A stretch of 64,000 nt of DNA from Longimicrobiales bacterium (GCA_965204735.1 OZ242008.1:3072001-3136000), one strand, 5' to 3'. Shown: positions 18,320-29,046, counted from the first letter of the stretch. A program made the numbers and translations. The notes: generated by a model not told the origin, from the sequence alone.

Positions 18320-21105
18320 TGGTTCCGCCCCGACCCCGAACGACGGGAACCACGACGGAGGCCGCCGTCGCCGCCGGCCAGCGAGCGCAGTCGCGCTTCC
18401 GCTTGGTCGAAGCGCTCCGTCAAGCGCGGGATGGGCGCGTCGCCGTAGCCGGCGACCAGTCGGGCTCGCGACGCCTGGAGGACCTCCAGCAGCTCTGCCG
18501 CCGCCTGCCGACGCGCCTCGGGGTCGGTGCTGCCGCGCTCGCCGATCCAAACCGGGGCCGTGTGGGCGAACGGGGCCGTGTCCATCGACGGCCAGCGGGT
18601 CGTGCCGCCCCTGGCCCGCGCCGCGACCCATCCGCCGGCGGGCAGCTCGACCGTTCCCGCGTACGATCGCCGCCCGGGCTGGGCGATGCCCTCCTGGGCA
18701 AAGACCACTTGGCCGTTCACCAGCACTTCCACCGTGTCCACCTCCGTCGCCGTCGCCACTTCCAGCGACCACCGCGCGGGGCCGCTCGCCACGACGCCGC
18801 CGGGACCCGCGCCGCTGCGGTCGGCGTTGCGGGAACGAGGGGCCGCCCGGTCCTCTCCGCCGACCCGAAACTCCAGGAAGGGACCGTTGGTGACGAACGA
18901 ACGGCCTTCGCGCAGCGCGTCCAAGTAGGTCGGCCAGTCGAGGGCGCCGCCGGTGTCGACATAGACCCGCGTGACGCCCACGGCCATTGTGCGGTAGAAG
19001 TTCAGCATGACGTCCGTGCCTGCCGAGGGCGCCACCGCGACTCCCAGGTTCAGGAAGCGGCGCCAGAGGGCCGCGGTCCCCTCGAAGCTGCTCCACAGGC
19101 ACATGACCTCGAGCGCGTCCACGTCGCCCAGCACTGCGTCGGCGACCAGCTCGACCGGCACCCTCGCCCTGTTCGACTCCGCAAAGGGGTCGGCGACTCC
19201 CACTGGGTGGACGTAGTAGCCGATCCCTCCATGGCGTCGCCCGAAGGCGAGCGCTTCCGCGTTGGTCCTGTCGTCGCTCCCGTAGACCTCGTACCCAGGT
19301 CCCCACACCCACGGCCAGTGGAGCTCGGGCACCCCGATCAGCCCGACGTGTCCCAGGAAGTGCGAGCGGATCTCCTGGCCGAAGCGGATCAGCGGCGGGC
19401 CGTCCGACTTCTGCCACCCCCACAGGTCCTGGTCCTCGTAGCGGTTGTGAAGGTTGGCCAGCAGGGGCGTCGCCACGTCCAGCGCCTCGCCCCGCATCTT
19501 CAGCGTCATGTCCGACGGCGCCAGGTCGTAGGGGCCGCCGTAGTTGAGGTGGAAGTGGTGGTCGCCCGACATCCACCCGGCCTCGCGCGCGTCCCACACT
19601 GGGGCCAGCTCGAGCACGACCTCGGTCGCTTCGCCCGCCCGCGCCGTCACCGTCTTCCTCGCCTCCGGCGTCGCCAAGCCCTGCACCGCCGACACCTCGA
19701 CCTCGGCAACCCCGGCGACGTCCGTGGGAACCAGGACCTCCGCCAACCCGGAAGTGTAGAAGAAGACGCGCCCGCTAGCGCCGTCGAAGTGGGCTGCGCC
19801 GTGCTCCGGGGCGAAGGAATGACCGGATGCGTCCACGACGTTGAGACGAGCCGGCGTCATGCCTTCCCGAACTCCGTCGCCCGACCGCTCTTCCGGGCCG
19901 ACGCCGCTCGTTCTCGGACCGACGGCGCCCTGGCCGTCGGGCCGCCCGGAACTCCGGGTCCGAATCCGCAGCCTCGCCACCCCCGCTCCCCACTCCCACA
20001 CGCCGACCGCCACGTCCTCCACCGCTCCGCCGACGGCGCGCACCCGCTTCAGCCCCATCGTCTCCGTCTCGTCGGCCTGCGCGAAGTACACCCACGCCGC
20101 ATCGGGACTCCAAGCGGGCGCAAGGGGCGGGCCGCCCGGCGCCGCTTCGCCGGCGTCCGGCCGACCACCGTCCCGTCCAGTCCTGGCCAGCACCACCGGC
20201 GACCAGGGCTGTTCGACGCCGTGCAACCGCAGCTCCCAGCCGTCGCCCCCGCTGGACGGCCAGCCGACCGCAACCAGATTCCCGGCGGGATCCAAGGCGG
20301 GCCGCGCCATAGACGCGATGTCGCCCACCACGAGAGCGCGGACCTCCGCGTCGCTCCGGGACCGCACTTCGACCCGGTCGCCGCCGCGCTTTGCCAGCAC
20401 CAGGAAGCGCTCTCCGTCCGGGAAGGGCTGGGACCGCATCTCGATCCCGGGGTCGGCCGTGAGCTGCACGGCGGACGCCGCCGCGTTGGGGACCGTCTCC
20501 GGGCTCGCGGGCGCCCCGCGAGGGGATGCCGCCGGCGGGGTCGCGTCGTTCGCCATCGACACGGTCCATACGTCCAAGGTGCCGCCGCTCCCCGACGTGT
20601 AGTACAGCGTCCGTCCGTCCGCCGACCACGCCGGGTCCAGGTCGAGCGCCGGGGTGTCCACGACGGCCGCTTCCCGCCCGGACTCGCCGTCCACGACCAC
20701 GATCCACGTGTCGCTCCCGTCGTCCCGCACGAAAGCGAGCCGGTCGCCCGACGGAGCCCAGGCGGGGCGAAAGTCCAGCCCGCCGCCCTTTGTGAGCCGG
20801 CGGGCCGTCCGCGATTCGAGGTCCATCACCCATATCCATCCCCGCGCCGAGAAGGCGATCCGCCGCCCGTCGGGGGCCGGCGCAGGATCCGTCGGTCCCG
20901 TGGTCAGAATCGGCAGCTCGTACCCCTCCAGGTACACGTGGTGACCGTACCCCTGCACGCGAGGGTACCGGTTCTGCCATTGCGCCGCCCCGGGCGGGGC
21001 GGCCGCGGCCACGGCGAGAGCTCCAACCAGGAAGCGCGCCCCGGCCACCGCCGTCGCGGCCGCCAAGCGTCTGGCACGCGGGACCCCACTCTCTTCAGCG
21101 CTCAT
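18316..21105 (-). CDS. TolB-like (PD40) beta-propeller fused to a PHP-like CehA/McbA-type metallohydrolase
   Basis: Repeated P-A-W-x-P/A-DG motifs; 'SGDHHFH', 'GHVG', 'YVHP', 'AGTD', 'FVTNGP'; AAGGAGG RBS; signal peptide. Confidence 0.85.
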   Translation of the reverse strand: MSAEESGVPRARRLAAATAVAGARFLVGALAVAAAAPPGAAQWQNRYPRVQGYGHHVYLEGYELPILTTGPTDPAPAPDGRRIAFSARGWIWVMDLESRTARRLTKGGGLDFRPAWAPSGDRLAFVRDDGSDTWIVVVDGESGREAAVVDTPALDLDPAWSADGRTLYYTSGSGGTLDVWTVSMANDATPPAASPRGAPASPETVPNAAASAVQLTADPGIEMRSQPFPDGERFLVLAKRGGDRVEVRSRSDAEVRALVVGDIASMARPALDPAGNLVAVGWPSSGGDGWELRLHGVEQPWSPVVLARTGRDGGRPDAGEAAPGGPPLAPAWSPDAAWVYFAQADETETMGLKRVRAVGGAVEDVAVGVWEWGAGVARLRIRTRSSGRPDGQGAVGPRTSGVGPEERSGDGVREGMTPARLNVVDASGHSFAPEHGAAHFDGASGRVFFYTSGLAEVLVPTDVAGVAEVEVSAVQGLATPEARKTVTARAGEATEVVLELAPVWDAREAGWMSGDHHFHLNYGGPYDLAPSDMTLKMRGEALDVATPLLANLHNRYEDQDLWGWQKSDGPPLIRFGQEIRSHFLGHVGLIGVPELHWPWVWGPGYEVYGSDDRTNAEALAFGRRHGGIGYYVHPVGVADPFAESNRARVPVELVADAVLGDVDALEVMCLWSSFEGTAALWRRFLNLGVAVAPSAGTDVMLNFYRTMAVGVTRVYVDTGGALDWPTYLDALREGRSFVTNGPFLEFRVGGEDRAAPRSRNADRSGAGPGGVVASGPARWSLEVATATEVDTVEVLVNGQVVFAQEGIAQPGRRSYAGTVELPAGGWVAARARGGTTRWPSMDTAPFAHTAPVWIGERGSTDPEARRQAAAELLEVLQASRARLVAGYGDAPIPRLTERFDQAEARLRSLAGGDGGLRRGSRRSGSGRNQ

Positions 21106-21263
21106 GCTCCACCCTCCTTGGTCGGGCAACGCCCTTCGCCGCCGAGCCTCCGTGCAGGTTCTCTTCCTTGCCCCGCCCCGTCATCTTGACACGCGTTCTT
21201 CTAGAAAGCGACACTCTACCGAACGCATCTCGCTTTCGCACTCGACCCGCAGAGGGCCCGCCC

Positions 21264-21806
21264 ATGTCCGCCACGCGTCTTCCTGCTTGCGTCGCAGCAA
21301 CGCTTCTGGCGCTTCTTGTCGGGGCGCCGGCGAGCGCCCAAGACGCCGAAGGCGGCGCCCGCAGCCCTGCCGATCCCGACCCTCGGGGCAACGTCTTCCA
21401 CGACGGCTCCGCTCTTCCGTGGGGCGAGCCCAGCGACGGCGTCCGCTTCCTGCCGCTGTACGGAACGGACTACTCGGCGGCGGGCCGGCCCTTCGCCTTT
21501 CGCCTCCACGTGCAGCCGGGCTTCGAGCTCGGACCCCACACCCATCCGGTGACCGAGCACATCACGATCTTGTCGGGAACCCTGTTCGTCGGGTTGGGCG
21601 AAGCCATGGACAGGGAGGCCGCGACGCCCTATGGTCCAGGCAGCTACCTGGCGATCGGCGCCGACGTGCCCGCGTTCATGTGGAGCGAAGAGGCGACGAT
21701 CGTGCAGGTGCACGGAGTCGGCCCCTTCGCCACCCAGTTCGTCGAGTCTCCGGGCGAACGCGACGCGCCCGAGCCGCGGGGCCGGCCCGCCCGCCCAGGA
21801 AAGTGA
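21264..21806 (+). CDS. Secreted cupin domain protein
   Basis: 'GPHTHPVTEHITILSG', 'QVHGVGPF'; signal peptide. Confidence 0.85.
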   Translation: MSATRLPACVAATLLALLVGAPASAQDAEGGARSPADPDPRGNVFHDGSALPWGEPSDGVRFLPLYGTDYSAAGRPFAFRLHVQPGFELGPHTHPVTEHITILSGTLFVGLGEAMDREAATPYGPGSYLAIGADVPAFMWSEEATIVQVHGVGPFATQFVESPGERDAPEPRGRPARPGK

Positions 21807-22477
21807 ATCGACGCTCGGTGCCAACGTCGGCTTCGGGCCGGCGGCGTCCGTCGGCGCCGGTGCCCGCGTGGGCGCTCGCGCTCGCGCTCGCAACGACCGT
21901 CCTTCTGTCCCAGGCGGCCTGCGCCGTGTCCGACCCGCCGACTCTGGGGAAGGGCGACCCGGCTCCCGAGTTCTCCACCGTGTCCCTGAAGGGCGGTCGC
22001 TCGCTCTCGTTGGCCGAGTACCGGGGCGGCGCCCTCCTCGTCAACCTTTGGGCGACTTGGTGCGGCCCCTGCAAGACCGAGACGCCGTACCTGCAGTCTC
22101 TCTACGAGGAACACCAGGGCCGCGGCCTGCGCATTCTGGGCGTCTCCGTCGATCGACACGCGGACTTGCATGCGGTGGCCGACTTCGTCGAGGAAATGGG
22201 CGTCGAGTACGACATCGGCCTCGACCCGTCCGCCGTCTCCCGCGAAGCGTTTCGGGCCCCTGGCCTGCCAACGTCGGTCTTGATCGACCGCGAGGGCGTC
22301 GTCGCCTTCAGCTGGATCGGTCCGATCTCCGAAGGGGACCCCACCTTCCTGGCCGGACTGGAAGACACGTTGCGCCGCGGCCACGACGCCACCAGCGACG
22401 ACCGCCGGACCACCCCTGCGAAGCGCGCCTCCGCCTTGCCCCTTCCACGAAGTCCAACCGCAGGAACGATCCCATGA
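21803..22477 (+). CDS. TlpA/ResA-family thiol-disulfide oxidoreductase
   Basis: 'LVNLWATWCGPCKTE', 'GLPTSVLIDREG'; GTGA overlap. Confidence 0.9.
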   Translation: MNRRSVPTSASGRRRPSAPVPAWALALALATTVLLSQAACAVSDPPTLGKGDPAPEFSTVSLKGGRSLSLAEYRGGALLVNLWATWCGPCKTETPYLQSLYEEHQGRGLRILGVSVDRHADLHAVADFVEEMGVEYDIGLDPSAVSREAFRAPGLPTSVLIDREGVVAFSWIGPISEGDPTFLAGLEDTLRRGHDATSDDRRTTPAKRASALPLPRSPTAGTIP

Positions 22478-24255
22478 CGATTACTACGGCGTCCCTCGCC
22501 CTTGCCCTTCTGCAAGTTCCCCAGCTGCCGCCCGCCGTCCACTACGGGGAGTACGCCGTGGGCACGACGACCGGCGTCGCAGTGGACGCTCGCCAGCGCT
22601 TCGACCCATGGGGCGCCGCTTACGGCCGACCCCAGTACCGCGCCATGGTGCGGCGCGTCGAGGCCAGCGGCCAAAGACGCGCGGTGGTCTTCCAGCTGTG
22701 GTATCCGGCAACGCCCGCGAGCGGCGCGATGCGGCTGGACGGTCCGCGGTCGCCCTTCCCGGCGGCCAGCGGGCGACGCGCCAACTACTACGACCTCTTC
22801 TTTCAGGAAGCGGGGATGGCGCACGAGACCCTCGTCCAGCTCGCCCCCGAGCTCGTGCACGTTCGGGGCGGAGGCACGCTGGCGGACGCCGCGACCGAGG
22901 AACGGCGGGCCGCCATGGACGAGCTGTCCGAACTCGTCGCCGGCAAGCTCCTCGGAGGGTGGCAGGACGCGCGGCCGGCGGACGGCGCGTTTCCGGTGAT
23001 CGTGCTCGCTCACGGGTTGAGCGGCCACCACGCCCTGTGGGTCTCGCTGGCCGAGTTCCTGGCGTCGCGCGGCTACGTGGTGGCGGCGCCCACGTTCGTT
23101 TCCGACGGAACCGCGGCCATGGTCTTCCACGACGAGGACTCGCCGTACGCCAGACAGGCGTCGCCCGAGGAGTTGCGACGCACCTACCGGCTCCTGGCCT
23201 TCGAGCCCAAGGTCGTTCCCTACTTCTTCCGCCTGCTCTTCGACTACGAAGGCGACGAGGTGTTTCCGTCCCCGGAGGCATACGGACCGGACGGGGAGAA
23301 GATCGCCCCCGGCGGCGTCGAGCGCGCCACCACCATGATGCGCAACCTCTTCCGCCAGCGCGTTTCCGACATGGGGCTCGTGCTCCACACGACGCGCCTG
23401 CTGGGCGCGGACCGGGAGAGTTGCGCAACGGCCCTGGCGGCGATGGGCGCCACCAGCGCCGCGCGGAACTTGTGCGGTCTTCTGACGGGGCGCATCGCCG
23501 ACGGCCCGGCCGGAGTCGGCGGGCACTCCCTGGGATCGATGACCGCCCACTTCGCCGCCGACGCCTTGCCCGACGTGGCCGCCTCCCTGGGCTTCAACAA
23601 CGGCCCGCCGTTCAAGTGGACGCCCGAAGAGATGCTGGCCGGCGAGGCCACGGAGGAAGGGCTGCCGGGGGGCGCCCGCAAGCCCCTGCTGCTGATGATC
23701 GGCGACGAGGACGCCTTCGTGCAGTCGGTGTTCATGGGCCTCTTCCAGTCCAGGGTGAGACGAGCCGGCGGAGACCCTGCGGAGGCGTTCCCCTTGGAGC
23801 CCGAGCGCGCGCTCCCCGACCGCGACAACCCGCAGCCCGTGGCCCTGAGCACGTGGCGACGCGCGCTGTCGGACCGGGTGCTGGTCACCGTCGGCGACGT
23901 GGACCACAGCGTCTTGGTGGAGGACTTGATGCGGGACGTGCCGTGGCCCGCCTTCGAACGAGGCGAACTCCCGTTCGGAATCGGTGCGGAGCGGCGGCGG
24001 AAGCCGACCGGGGGCGCGGCCATGGACGCCGACCCCGAGCCCGGCGAACGCTACGACCTGCTGGGATGGGCCTCCGTCGAGGGCCCGGGCGACGCCGGCG
24101 GCGACGGCGAAGCGTACCTTCCCCATGTGGTGCGGGACTGGTACGCCCTGACGTGGTTCGACTGGCACCTCAAGGGCGACCAGGAGGCGCGGCGCAGGCT
24201 GGCCGGCGAAGACCCCTTCGGCGCGCTGACCTCGGTTCGCCGGGAGTTTCGGTAG
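22474..24255 (+). CDS. Alpha/beta-hydrolase (PAF-acetylhydrolase/dienelactone-hydrolase-like)
   Basis: 'QLWYPA', 'FPVIVLAHG', 'LASRGYVV', GHSLG nucleophile; ATGA overlap. Confidence 0.82.
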   Translation: MTITTASLALALLQVPQLPPAVHYGEYAVGTTTGVAVDARQRFDPWGAAYGRPQYRAMVRRVEASGQRRAVVFQLWYPATPASGAMRLDGPRSPFPAASGRRANYYDLFFQEAGMAHETLVQLAPELVHVRGGGTLADAATEERRAAMDELSELVAGKLLGGWQDARPADGAFPVIVLAHGLSGHHALWVSLAEFLASRGYVVAAPTFVSDGTAAMVFHDEDSPYARQASPEELRRTYRLLAFEPKVVPYFFRLLFDYEGDEVFPSPEAYGPDGEKIAPGGVERATTMMRNLFRQRVSDMGLVLHTTRLLGADRESCATALAAMGATSAARNLCGLLTGRIADGPAGVGGHSLGSMTAHFAADALPDVAASLGFNNGPPFKWTPEEMLAGEATEEGLPGGARKPLLLMIGDEDAFVQSVFMGLFQSRVRRAGGDPAEAFPLEPERALPDRDNPQPVALSTWRRALSDRVLVTVGDVDHSVLVEDLMRDVPWPAFERGELPFGIGAERRRKPTGGAAMDADPEPGERYDLLGWASVEGPGDAGGDGEAYLPHVVRDWYALTWFDWHLKGDQEARRRLAGEDPFGALTSVRREFR

Positions 24256-24292
24256 GGGGCAAGCCGGCGCCCCCGGCGAGGGCGGCTTCTCC

Positions 24293-24637
24293 CTACTGCT
24301 CGGGTTCTCCTGCTGCTCCTTGGGCGTCGCCCAACCCGTCCCCGTCCCCTCGCTTCTGCTGCCGCCCGGCCCGCTTCCGCAGCCACGCCCCCACCCCCGC
24401 CACCAGCCCCAGCGGCAGCAGCGTCAGCAGGCCCGTCGTGGCCAGGAAGGCGATCCGCGCCTCGTCGTCCCGGTCGAAGCACACCGGACAGGCATGAAGC
24501 GCCTCCGGCCAGAGGGCGACCATCAGTCCCGCCGAGCCGCAGCAAGCCGCAAGCGCGCCGAGGGCCGCGCGCCGACTCGAACCGCTTGGCGCCGCACTGC
24601 CCGCGCCGCCGTCCCCGAACTCCCGTCCGCCGGTCAC
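24293..24637 (-). CDS. Small oxidase-operon-associated membrane protein with CxxC
   Basis: 'ALHACPVCF' followed by one TM helix; GTGA overlap with the subunit III gene. Confidence 0.6.
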   Translation of the reverse strand: MTGGREFGDGGAGSAAPSGSSRRAALGALAACCGSAGLMVALWPEALHACPVCFDRDDEARIAFLATTGLLTLLPLGLVAGVGAWLRKRAGRQQKRGDGDGLGDAQGAAGEPEQ

Positions 24638-25230
24638 AGGTACACCTGGACGTAGAGGACCGGCCACACTGCCACCACGAAGTACCAGAAGAGCGCCACG
24701 GTGGAGAGCGTTTCCTTGGCGAGCCGCCCGGCGCGGAGCCTTGCCGTCGCCCAGCCCAGCGCGCAGAGCGCAACCACGGCGTGGACGGCGTGGGCGCCGA
24801 TGATCGTGTAGAAGAGGCTCCCGTAGGTGGACGACGTGAGGGTGAGGCCTTCCGCCAGCAGGGCGACCCACTCGACGCCCTGAAGCGCCACGAAGGCGGC
24901 CCCCAGAAGCGTCGCGGCCAGAAGGAGTCCGCCGACTCGAGGCTTGCCCTTCTCGTGCAGTCGGTGCGCGACCAGGAGGAGGAGCCCGCTCAAGACGAGG
25001 GCGCTGGTGTTGACCGCGGTCCGCTCGAAGGGAAGGCGGGGCTGGTTCGGCGGGGGCCAGACCGAGCCCGGGGCGCGGGACTTCACGATCACGTACGCCG
25101 AGACGAACCCGGCGAAGAGCATGACCTCCACGAAGACGACGAGGATCATTCCCAGCACGCCGTTCGACACCAGCTTCTCCGGCTTGCTCGGCCGGGGCCG
25201 GAAGCGGAGGACGGTGGCGTCGGCGACCAT
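24634..25230 (-). CDS. Cytochrome c oxidase subunit III-like protein
   Basis: 'EVMLFAGFVSAY', 'NTSALVLSG', 'FYTIIGAHAVH', 'FWYFV'. Confidence 0.88.
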   Translation of the reverse strand: MVADATVLRFRPRPSKPEKLVSNGVLGMILVVFVEVMLFAGFVSAYVIVKSRAPGSVWPPPNQPRLPFERTAVNTSALVLSGLLLLVAHRLHEKGKPRVGGLLLAATLLGAAFVALQGVEWVALLAEGLTLTSSTYGSLFYTIIGAHAVHAVVALCALGWATARLRAGRLAKETLSTVALFWYFVVAVWPVLYVQVYL

Positions 25231-25250
25231 TCGGCTTCCGGCGCGCGCGA

Positions 25251-25928
25251 CTAGGCGCGTCGCCGCTCCCGCAGTCCCTTCAGCGTCTCCAGCGCCAGCA
25301 GTCCGGCGCCGACCGACAGCATGATCGCCACGGCGTTGGTCCCGACCGCCACCAAGCCCACCACCGACCAGAACGCCACGTGGGTGAAGTTGTACCCGCC
25401 CGGCAACAGGTTGTCGTTGGACTTGGCGTCGGGCACCAGACCCGCCTCGGACGGCCGTGGGGAAGGGGCGCCGTGGCCTGCTTCCTCGGCGTGGTCTGCT
25501 TCCTCCCCGTGGCCGGCCTCTTCGACGTGGGCGACTTCCGGGATTCCCCGCTCCACGGCGGCCTGGGCCGCCACGTTCTCCCAGTTGGCGCCGGCGTGGT
25601 TCTGCACGTCGGGCGCGATCCCTCCCCAAAAGAGCGCCAAGAGGAGCACCGACGCCGCCAGGAACCACTTGGCGATCGGCCGCTCGATCGTGAGGTGCAT
25701 GAAGTGCTTGATCACCAGCCACGCCTTCACCACGGCGATGCCGAAGGCCGTGAGCAGCATGAAGAAGGTGGAGACGCGCAGGCCCAGCACGGGGACCTCG
25801 GCCTCGCCCAGCCGGGGCGCCAGGACGGGTCCCATGATGCTGACCGCCAGGAGCACCAGCAAAGTCAGGTAGACCCTGACGTAGTGGTTCGAGAGCCAGC
25901 CGGCGTTGGGGTCGGAGGGAGCGGCCAT
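25251..25928 (-). CDS. Cytochrome c oxidase subunit IV family protein with C-terminal extension
   Basis: 'YVRVYLTLLVLL', 'AVVKAWLVIKHFMHL'; His/Glu-rich repeat and one extra TM helix. Confidence 0.8.
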   Translation of the reverse strand: MAAPSDPNAGWLSNHYVRVYLTLLVLLAVSIMGPVLAPRLGEAEVPVLGLRVSTFFMLLTAFGIAVVKAWLVIKHFMHLTIERPIAKWFLAASVLLLALFWGGIAPDVQNHAGANWENVAAQAAVERGIPEVAHVEEAGHGEEADHAEEAGHGAPSPRPSEAGLVPDAKSNDNLLPGGYNFTHVAFWSVVGLVAVGTNAVAIMLSVGAGLLALETLKGLRERRRA

Positions 25929-25935
25929 GGTCCGC

Positions 25936-26505
25936 CTATTTCGCGATGTAGAGCAGTGGGAAGAGGAAGATCCAGACGATGTCGACAAAGTGCCAGTAGA
26001 TGCCGATCAGCTCCACCCGGTGGAGTTCGACGTTGCGCTTCGCGTCTCGGGCGACGAAGGCCATGATCACCGCGCCGGCGATCACGTGGAAGGCGTGGAG
26101 TCCGGCTGCGGAGTAGTAGAAAGCCCAGAAGGTGTTCGACGTGATCGTGTAGCCGTGGCTGATCTCGTACCACCACTCGTAGGACTTCACGCCGATGAAG
26201 ATGGCGGCGCCGGCGATCGTGAAGTAGAGGAACTTGGCCGCCGTCCTGCCGTCGCCCCTCTCCGCCGCCTGGTGCGCCAGCACTGCCGTGAGGCTCGACG
26301 AGAGCAGCACGAAGGTGTTGAAGGCCCCGATCGTCGGGTTCGTGTGGACGGCGGCGTCGGCCCACTCCGGGTGCCCCAGCCGGTGCATGACGTACGAAGC
26401 CAGCAGCCCGCCGAAGATCACCACCTCCGACGCCAGCACCCACCAGACGGCCAGCTTGCCCGTGGCGATTCCGGTGGCGGCTCGGGTCGTTGCGATCGGT
26501 CTCAT
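25936..26505 (-). CDS. ctaE: Cytochrome c oxidase subunit III
   Basis: 'LASEVVIFGGL', 'NTFVLLSSS', 'GLHAFHV', 'YWHFVDIVW'. Confidence 0.92.
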   Translation of the reverse strand: MRPIATTRAATGIATGKLAVWWVLASEVVIFGGLLASYVMHRLGHPEWADAAVHTNPTIGAFNTFVLLSSSLTAVLAHQAAERGDGRTAAKFLYFTIAGAAIFIGVKSYEWWYEISHGYTITSNTFWAFYYSAAGLHAFHVIAGAVIMAFVARDAKRNVELHRVELIGIYWHFVDIVWIFLFPLLYIAK

Positions 26506-26563
26506 CTGAGGTCGGTCTCGAGGCGGTCGGCTTGGGGGCTGTCGAGGCTGGGGGAGGGGCGGG

Positions 26564-28288
26564 TCAGTTGGGAACGTTCTGGGGCCAGTAGTCGTCGTCG
26601 CGGTCCGGCACGCTGTACTCGTACGGCCCCCGGTAGACGACGGGCATCTCGTCGGGGCGCCAGTTGCCGTGGGGCGGGGGCGACTCGGTGGTCCACTCCA
26701 GCGAGTTGGCCTTCCACGGGTTGCGCGACGCCTTCTTCCCGGAGCGCCACGACTTCCAGCAGTTGTAGAAGAAGACGAACTGGAAGGCGAGCATGACCAG
26801 CAACGAGACCGTGGCGATCACGCGCATGTTCTGAAAGCCCGGGCCCGCCAGTTCGGCGAAGTGCTCGTAGTTGTAGATGCGCCGGTGCTGGCCGCCCATC
26901 CCGAGCACGAAGAGGGGGATGAAGATGAAGTTGAAGGGGATGACGGTGCCCCAGAAGTGCACCTTGCCCAAGGTCTCGTTCATCATCTTCCCGAACATCT
27001 TGGGGAACCAGTAGGTGAACGCCGCGAACGTGCCGATGATGGCGATGGGGAAGAAGGTGTAGTGGAAGTGGGCCAGGACGAAGTAGGTGTCGTGGAAGTA
27101 GATGTCCGCGCCCGCCGCGCCCAGGAAGATGCCCGTGACGCCGCCGATCAGGAACTCGGCCACGAACGCCAGCGCCCAGAGCATGGGGGTCGTGAGGGTG
27201 ATCGAGCCCCGCCAGAGGGTGGCGATGTAGATGAAGCAAAGCTCGGCGATGGGCACCGAGATGAGGAGGGTCGTGATCGTGAAGAGGTTCGCCATCCGGG
27301 GATCTATTCCGGCGATGAACTGATGGTGCGCCCACACGAAGAAGCTCAGCACGCCCGTGGCGACGACGGTGAAGATCACCGTGCGGTAGGCGAAGAGCTT
27401 CTTCCTGGCGAAGGTGGTCATGATCTCCGCCACCACTCCCATGGCGGGGAGCAGCACCACGTACACCTCCGGGTGGCCGAAGAACCAGAACAGATGCTGC
27501 CAGAGCACCGGATCGCCCCCCATCCCCGGGTTGAAGAACCCCGTCCCCAGCGTCTGGTCGAAGAGCAGCATGATCGCTCCCGCCAGCAGAGGACCCACCG
27601 AGAGCATGAAGAGGATGCTGGCGATGACGATCATCCACACCACCACCGGCACGTCGAAGGCCCGCATCCCCGGCGCCCGCGAGTTCATGAGGGTGGTGAT
27701 GAAGTTGATGCCGCCCAGCAGGAAGGCGACGAACTCCAGTCCCACGCCCACGAGCCACAACGTGCTGCCCAAGGGGGTGAGGTTGTACGTCCCGTCGGCC
27801 GAGAGGGGCGGATAGGCCGTCCACGCGCCCGCGAACCCGCCTCCCTCCACGACCAGCGACGCCAGGATGACGATCGTGCTCACGAAGAAGACCTGGAACG
27901 ACAGGCGGTTGATCTTGGGGAACACCATGTCGTCCGCGCCCACCATGAGCGGGATCAGGTAGTTCCCGAAGGCGGCCAGGAGGACGGGCATGGCCACCCA
28001 GAAGATCATGATCGTGCCGTGGTTGGTGACCAGCGCGTTGTACTCGCCCGGCGAGACCAGCCCGAAGCCCGGGACCTCGAAGCCGGGGAAGGCGAGCTGC
28101 ATCCGGAAGACGTAGGCCATGAAGCCGCCCACCAGCGCCATGAACATGCCCGTGAACATGTACTGCATGGCGATGACCTTGTGGTCCGTGGACCACACGT
28201 ACTTCAGCCAGCCCTCGGGGCCGTGGTGGGCGTCGTGGGCGTCTTCGGGGGAGTGGTCGCGAACCGGTGCGACGGCGGGCTGCGTCAT
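26564..28288 (-). CDS. ctaD: Cytochrome c oxidase subunit I (A1 type)
   Basis: 'STDHKVI', 'NHGTIM', 'WFFGHPEVY', 'WAHH', 'AHFHY', 'RR'. Confidence 0.97.
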   Translation of the reverse strand: MTQPAVAPVRDHSPEDAHDAHHGPEGWLKYVWSTDHKVIAMQYMFTGMFMALVGGFMAYVFRMQLAFPGFEVPGFGLVSPGEYNALVTNHGTIMIFWVAMPVLLAAFGNYLIPLMVGADDMVFPKINRLSFQVFFVSTIVILASLVVEGGGFAGAWTAYPPLSADGTYNLTPLGSTLWLVGVGLEFVAFLLGGINFITTLMNSRAPGMRAFDVPVVVWMIVIASILFMLSVGPLLAGAIMLLFDQTLGTGFFNPGMGGDPVLWQHLFWFFGHPEVYVVLLPAMGVVAEIMTTFARKKLFAYRTVIFTVVATGVLSFFVWAHHQFIAGIDPRMANLFTITTLLISVPIAELCFIYIATLWRGSITLTTPMLWALAFVAEFLIGGVTGIFLGAAGADIYFHDTYFVLAHFHYTFFPIAIIGTFAAFTYWFPKMFGKMMNETLGKVHFWGTVIPFNFIFIPLFVLGMGGQHRRIYNYEHFAELAGPGFQNMRVIATVSLLVMLAFQFVFFYNCWKSWRSGKKASRNPWKANSLEWTTESPPPHGNWRPDEMPVVYRGPYEYSVPDRDDDYWPQNVPN

Positions 28289-29046
28289 TGCAGGGGCCCT
28301 CCGGGCTGGGCGGGGGCAAGCGTGCCGGCCGACGGCGTCGCGGCGACTTGGGTCGCGCTCGGCGCGCTTGGGGCGTTGGCCGCCACCCAGGCGGCGTGTT
28401 CTTCGGCGGTCTCCACCATCACGTCGGCCGCCATTACGCCGTGACCGAATCCGCAGATCTCGGCGCACTGGACGTCGAAGACGCCAACTTCGGTGGGCTG
28501 GAACCACCCGGTGATGCTCCTTCCGGGGATGGCGTCCTGCTTGATCCGCCACACGGGCACGGAAAAGCTGTGGAGCACGTCGGTGGCTTCGAGCTTGAAG
28601 TGGTAGGTCTTCCCGACCTCCACGTGAAGCTCGTCCACCTTGAAGATGTCGTCGGGGGTGTCCAGCAGGCCGTCGGGGCCGGGGTGCTGAAAGGTCCAGG
28701 CCCACTGCTGGCCGACGATGCGGAGCTCCGCGTCCGGGTTCTCCGGAAGCTCCAGCTTGATGTGGTGCCAGACGCGGAACGAGACCACGATGATCGCCAC
28801 GTCGCACACCAGCACCAGCAGGTGGGGGATGGTGATCCAGCGCTTGTGGACCTTGTTCTTTCCGTCCACGTAGTCGGCCTTGCGTCCCGGCTTGGCCCGG
28901 TACTTCAGGATGAGCCCCAGGAACACGGCCTCTGCGATGACGAACCAGACGCCGACCAGGATCAGCACGAGAAGGATCAGGCCGTCGATCTGGGCCGCGT
29001 AGGAAGACGCGACGGCCAGCAGGTTGTCGAAGAGGGTGGTTTCCAT
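28285..29046 (-). CDS. ctaC: Cytochrome c oxidase subunit II (CuA)
   Basis: 'DVLHSF' and 'CAEICGFGHGVM' CuA ligands; two TM helices. Confidence 0.96.
   Translation of the reverse strand: METTLFDNLLAVASSYAAQIDGLILLVLILVGVWFVIAEAVFLGLILKYRAKPGRKADYVDGKNKVHKRWITIPHLLVLVCDVAIIVVSFRVWHHIKLELPENPDAELRIVGQQWAWTFQHPGPDGLLDTPDDIFKVDELHVEVGKTYHFKLEATDVLHSFSVPVWRIKQDAIPGRSITGWFQPTEVGVFDVQCAEICGFGHGVMAADVMVETAEEHAAWVAANAPSAPSATQVAATPSAGTLAPAQPGGPLQ

Noticed and set aside
21186..21215. Promoter built on the TTGACA upstream of the cupin gene
   Set aside because: No convincing -10 at 16-18 nt (best is GACACT), so it was left unannotated.
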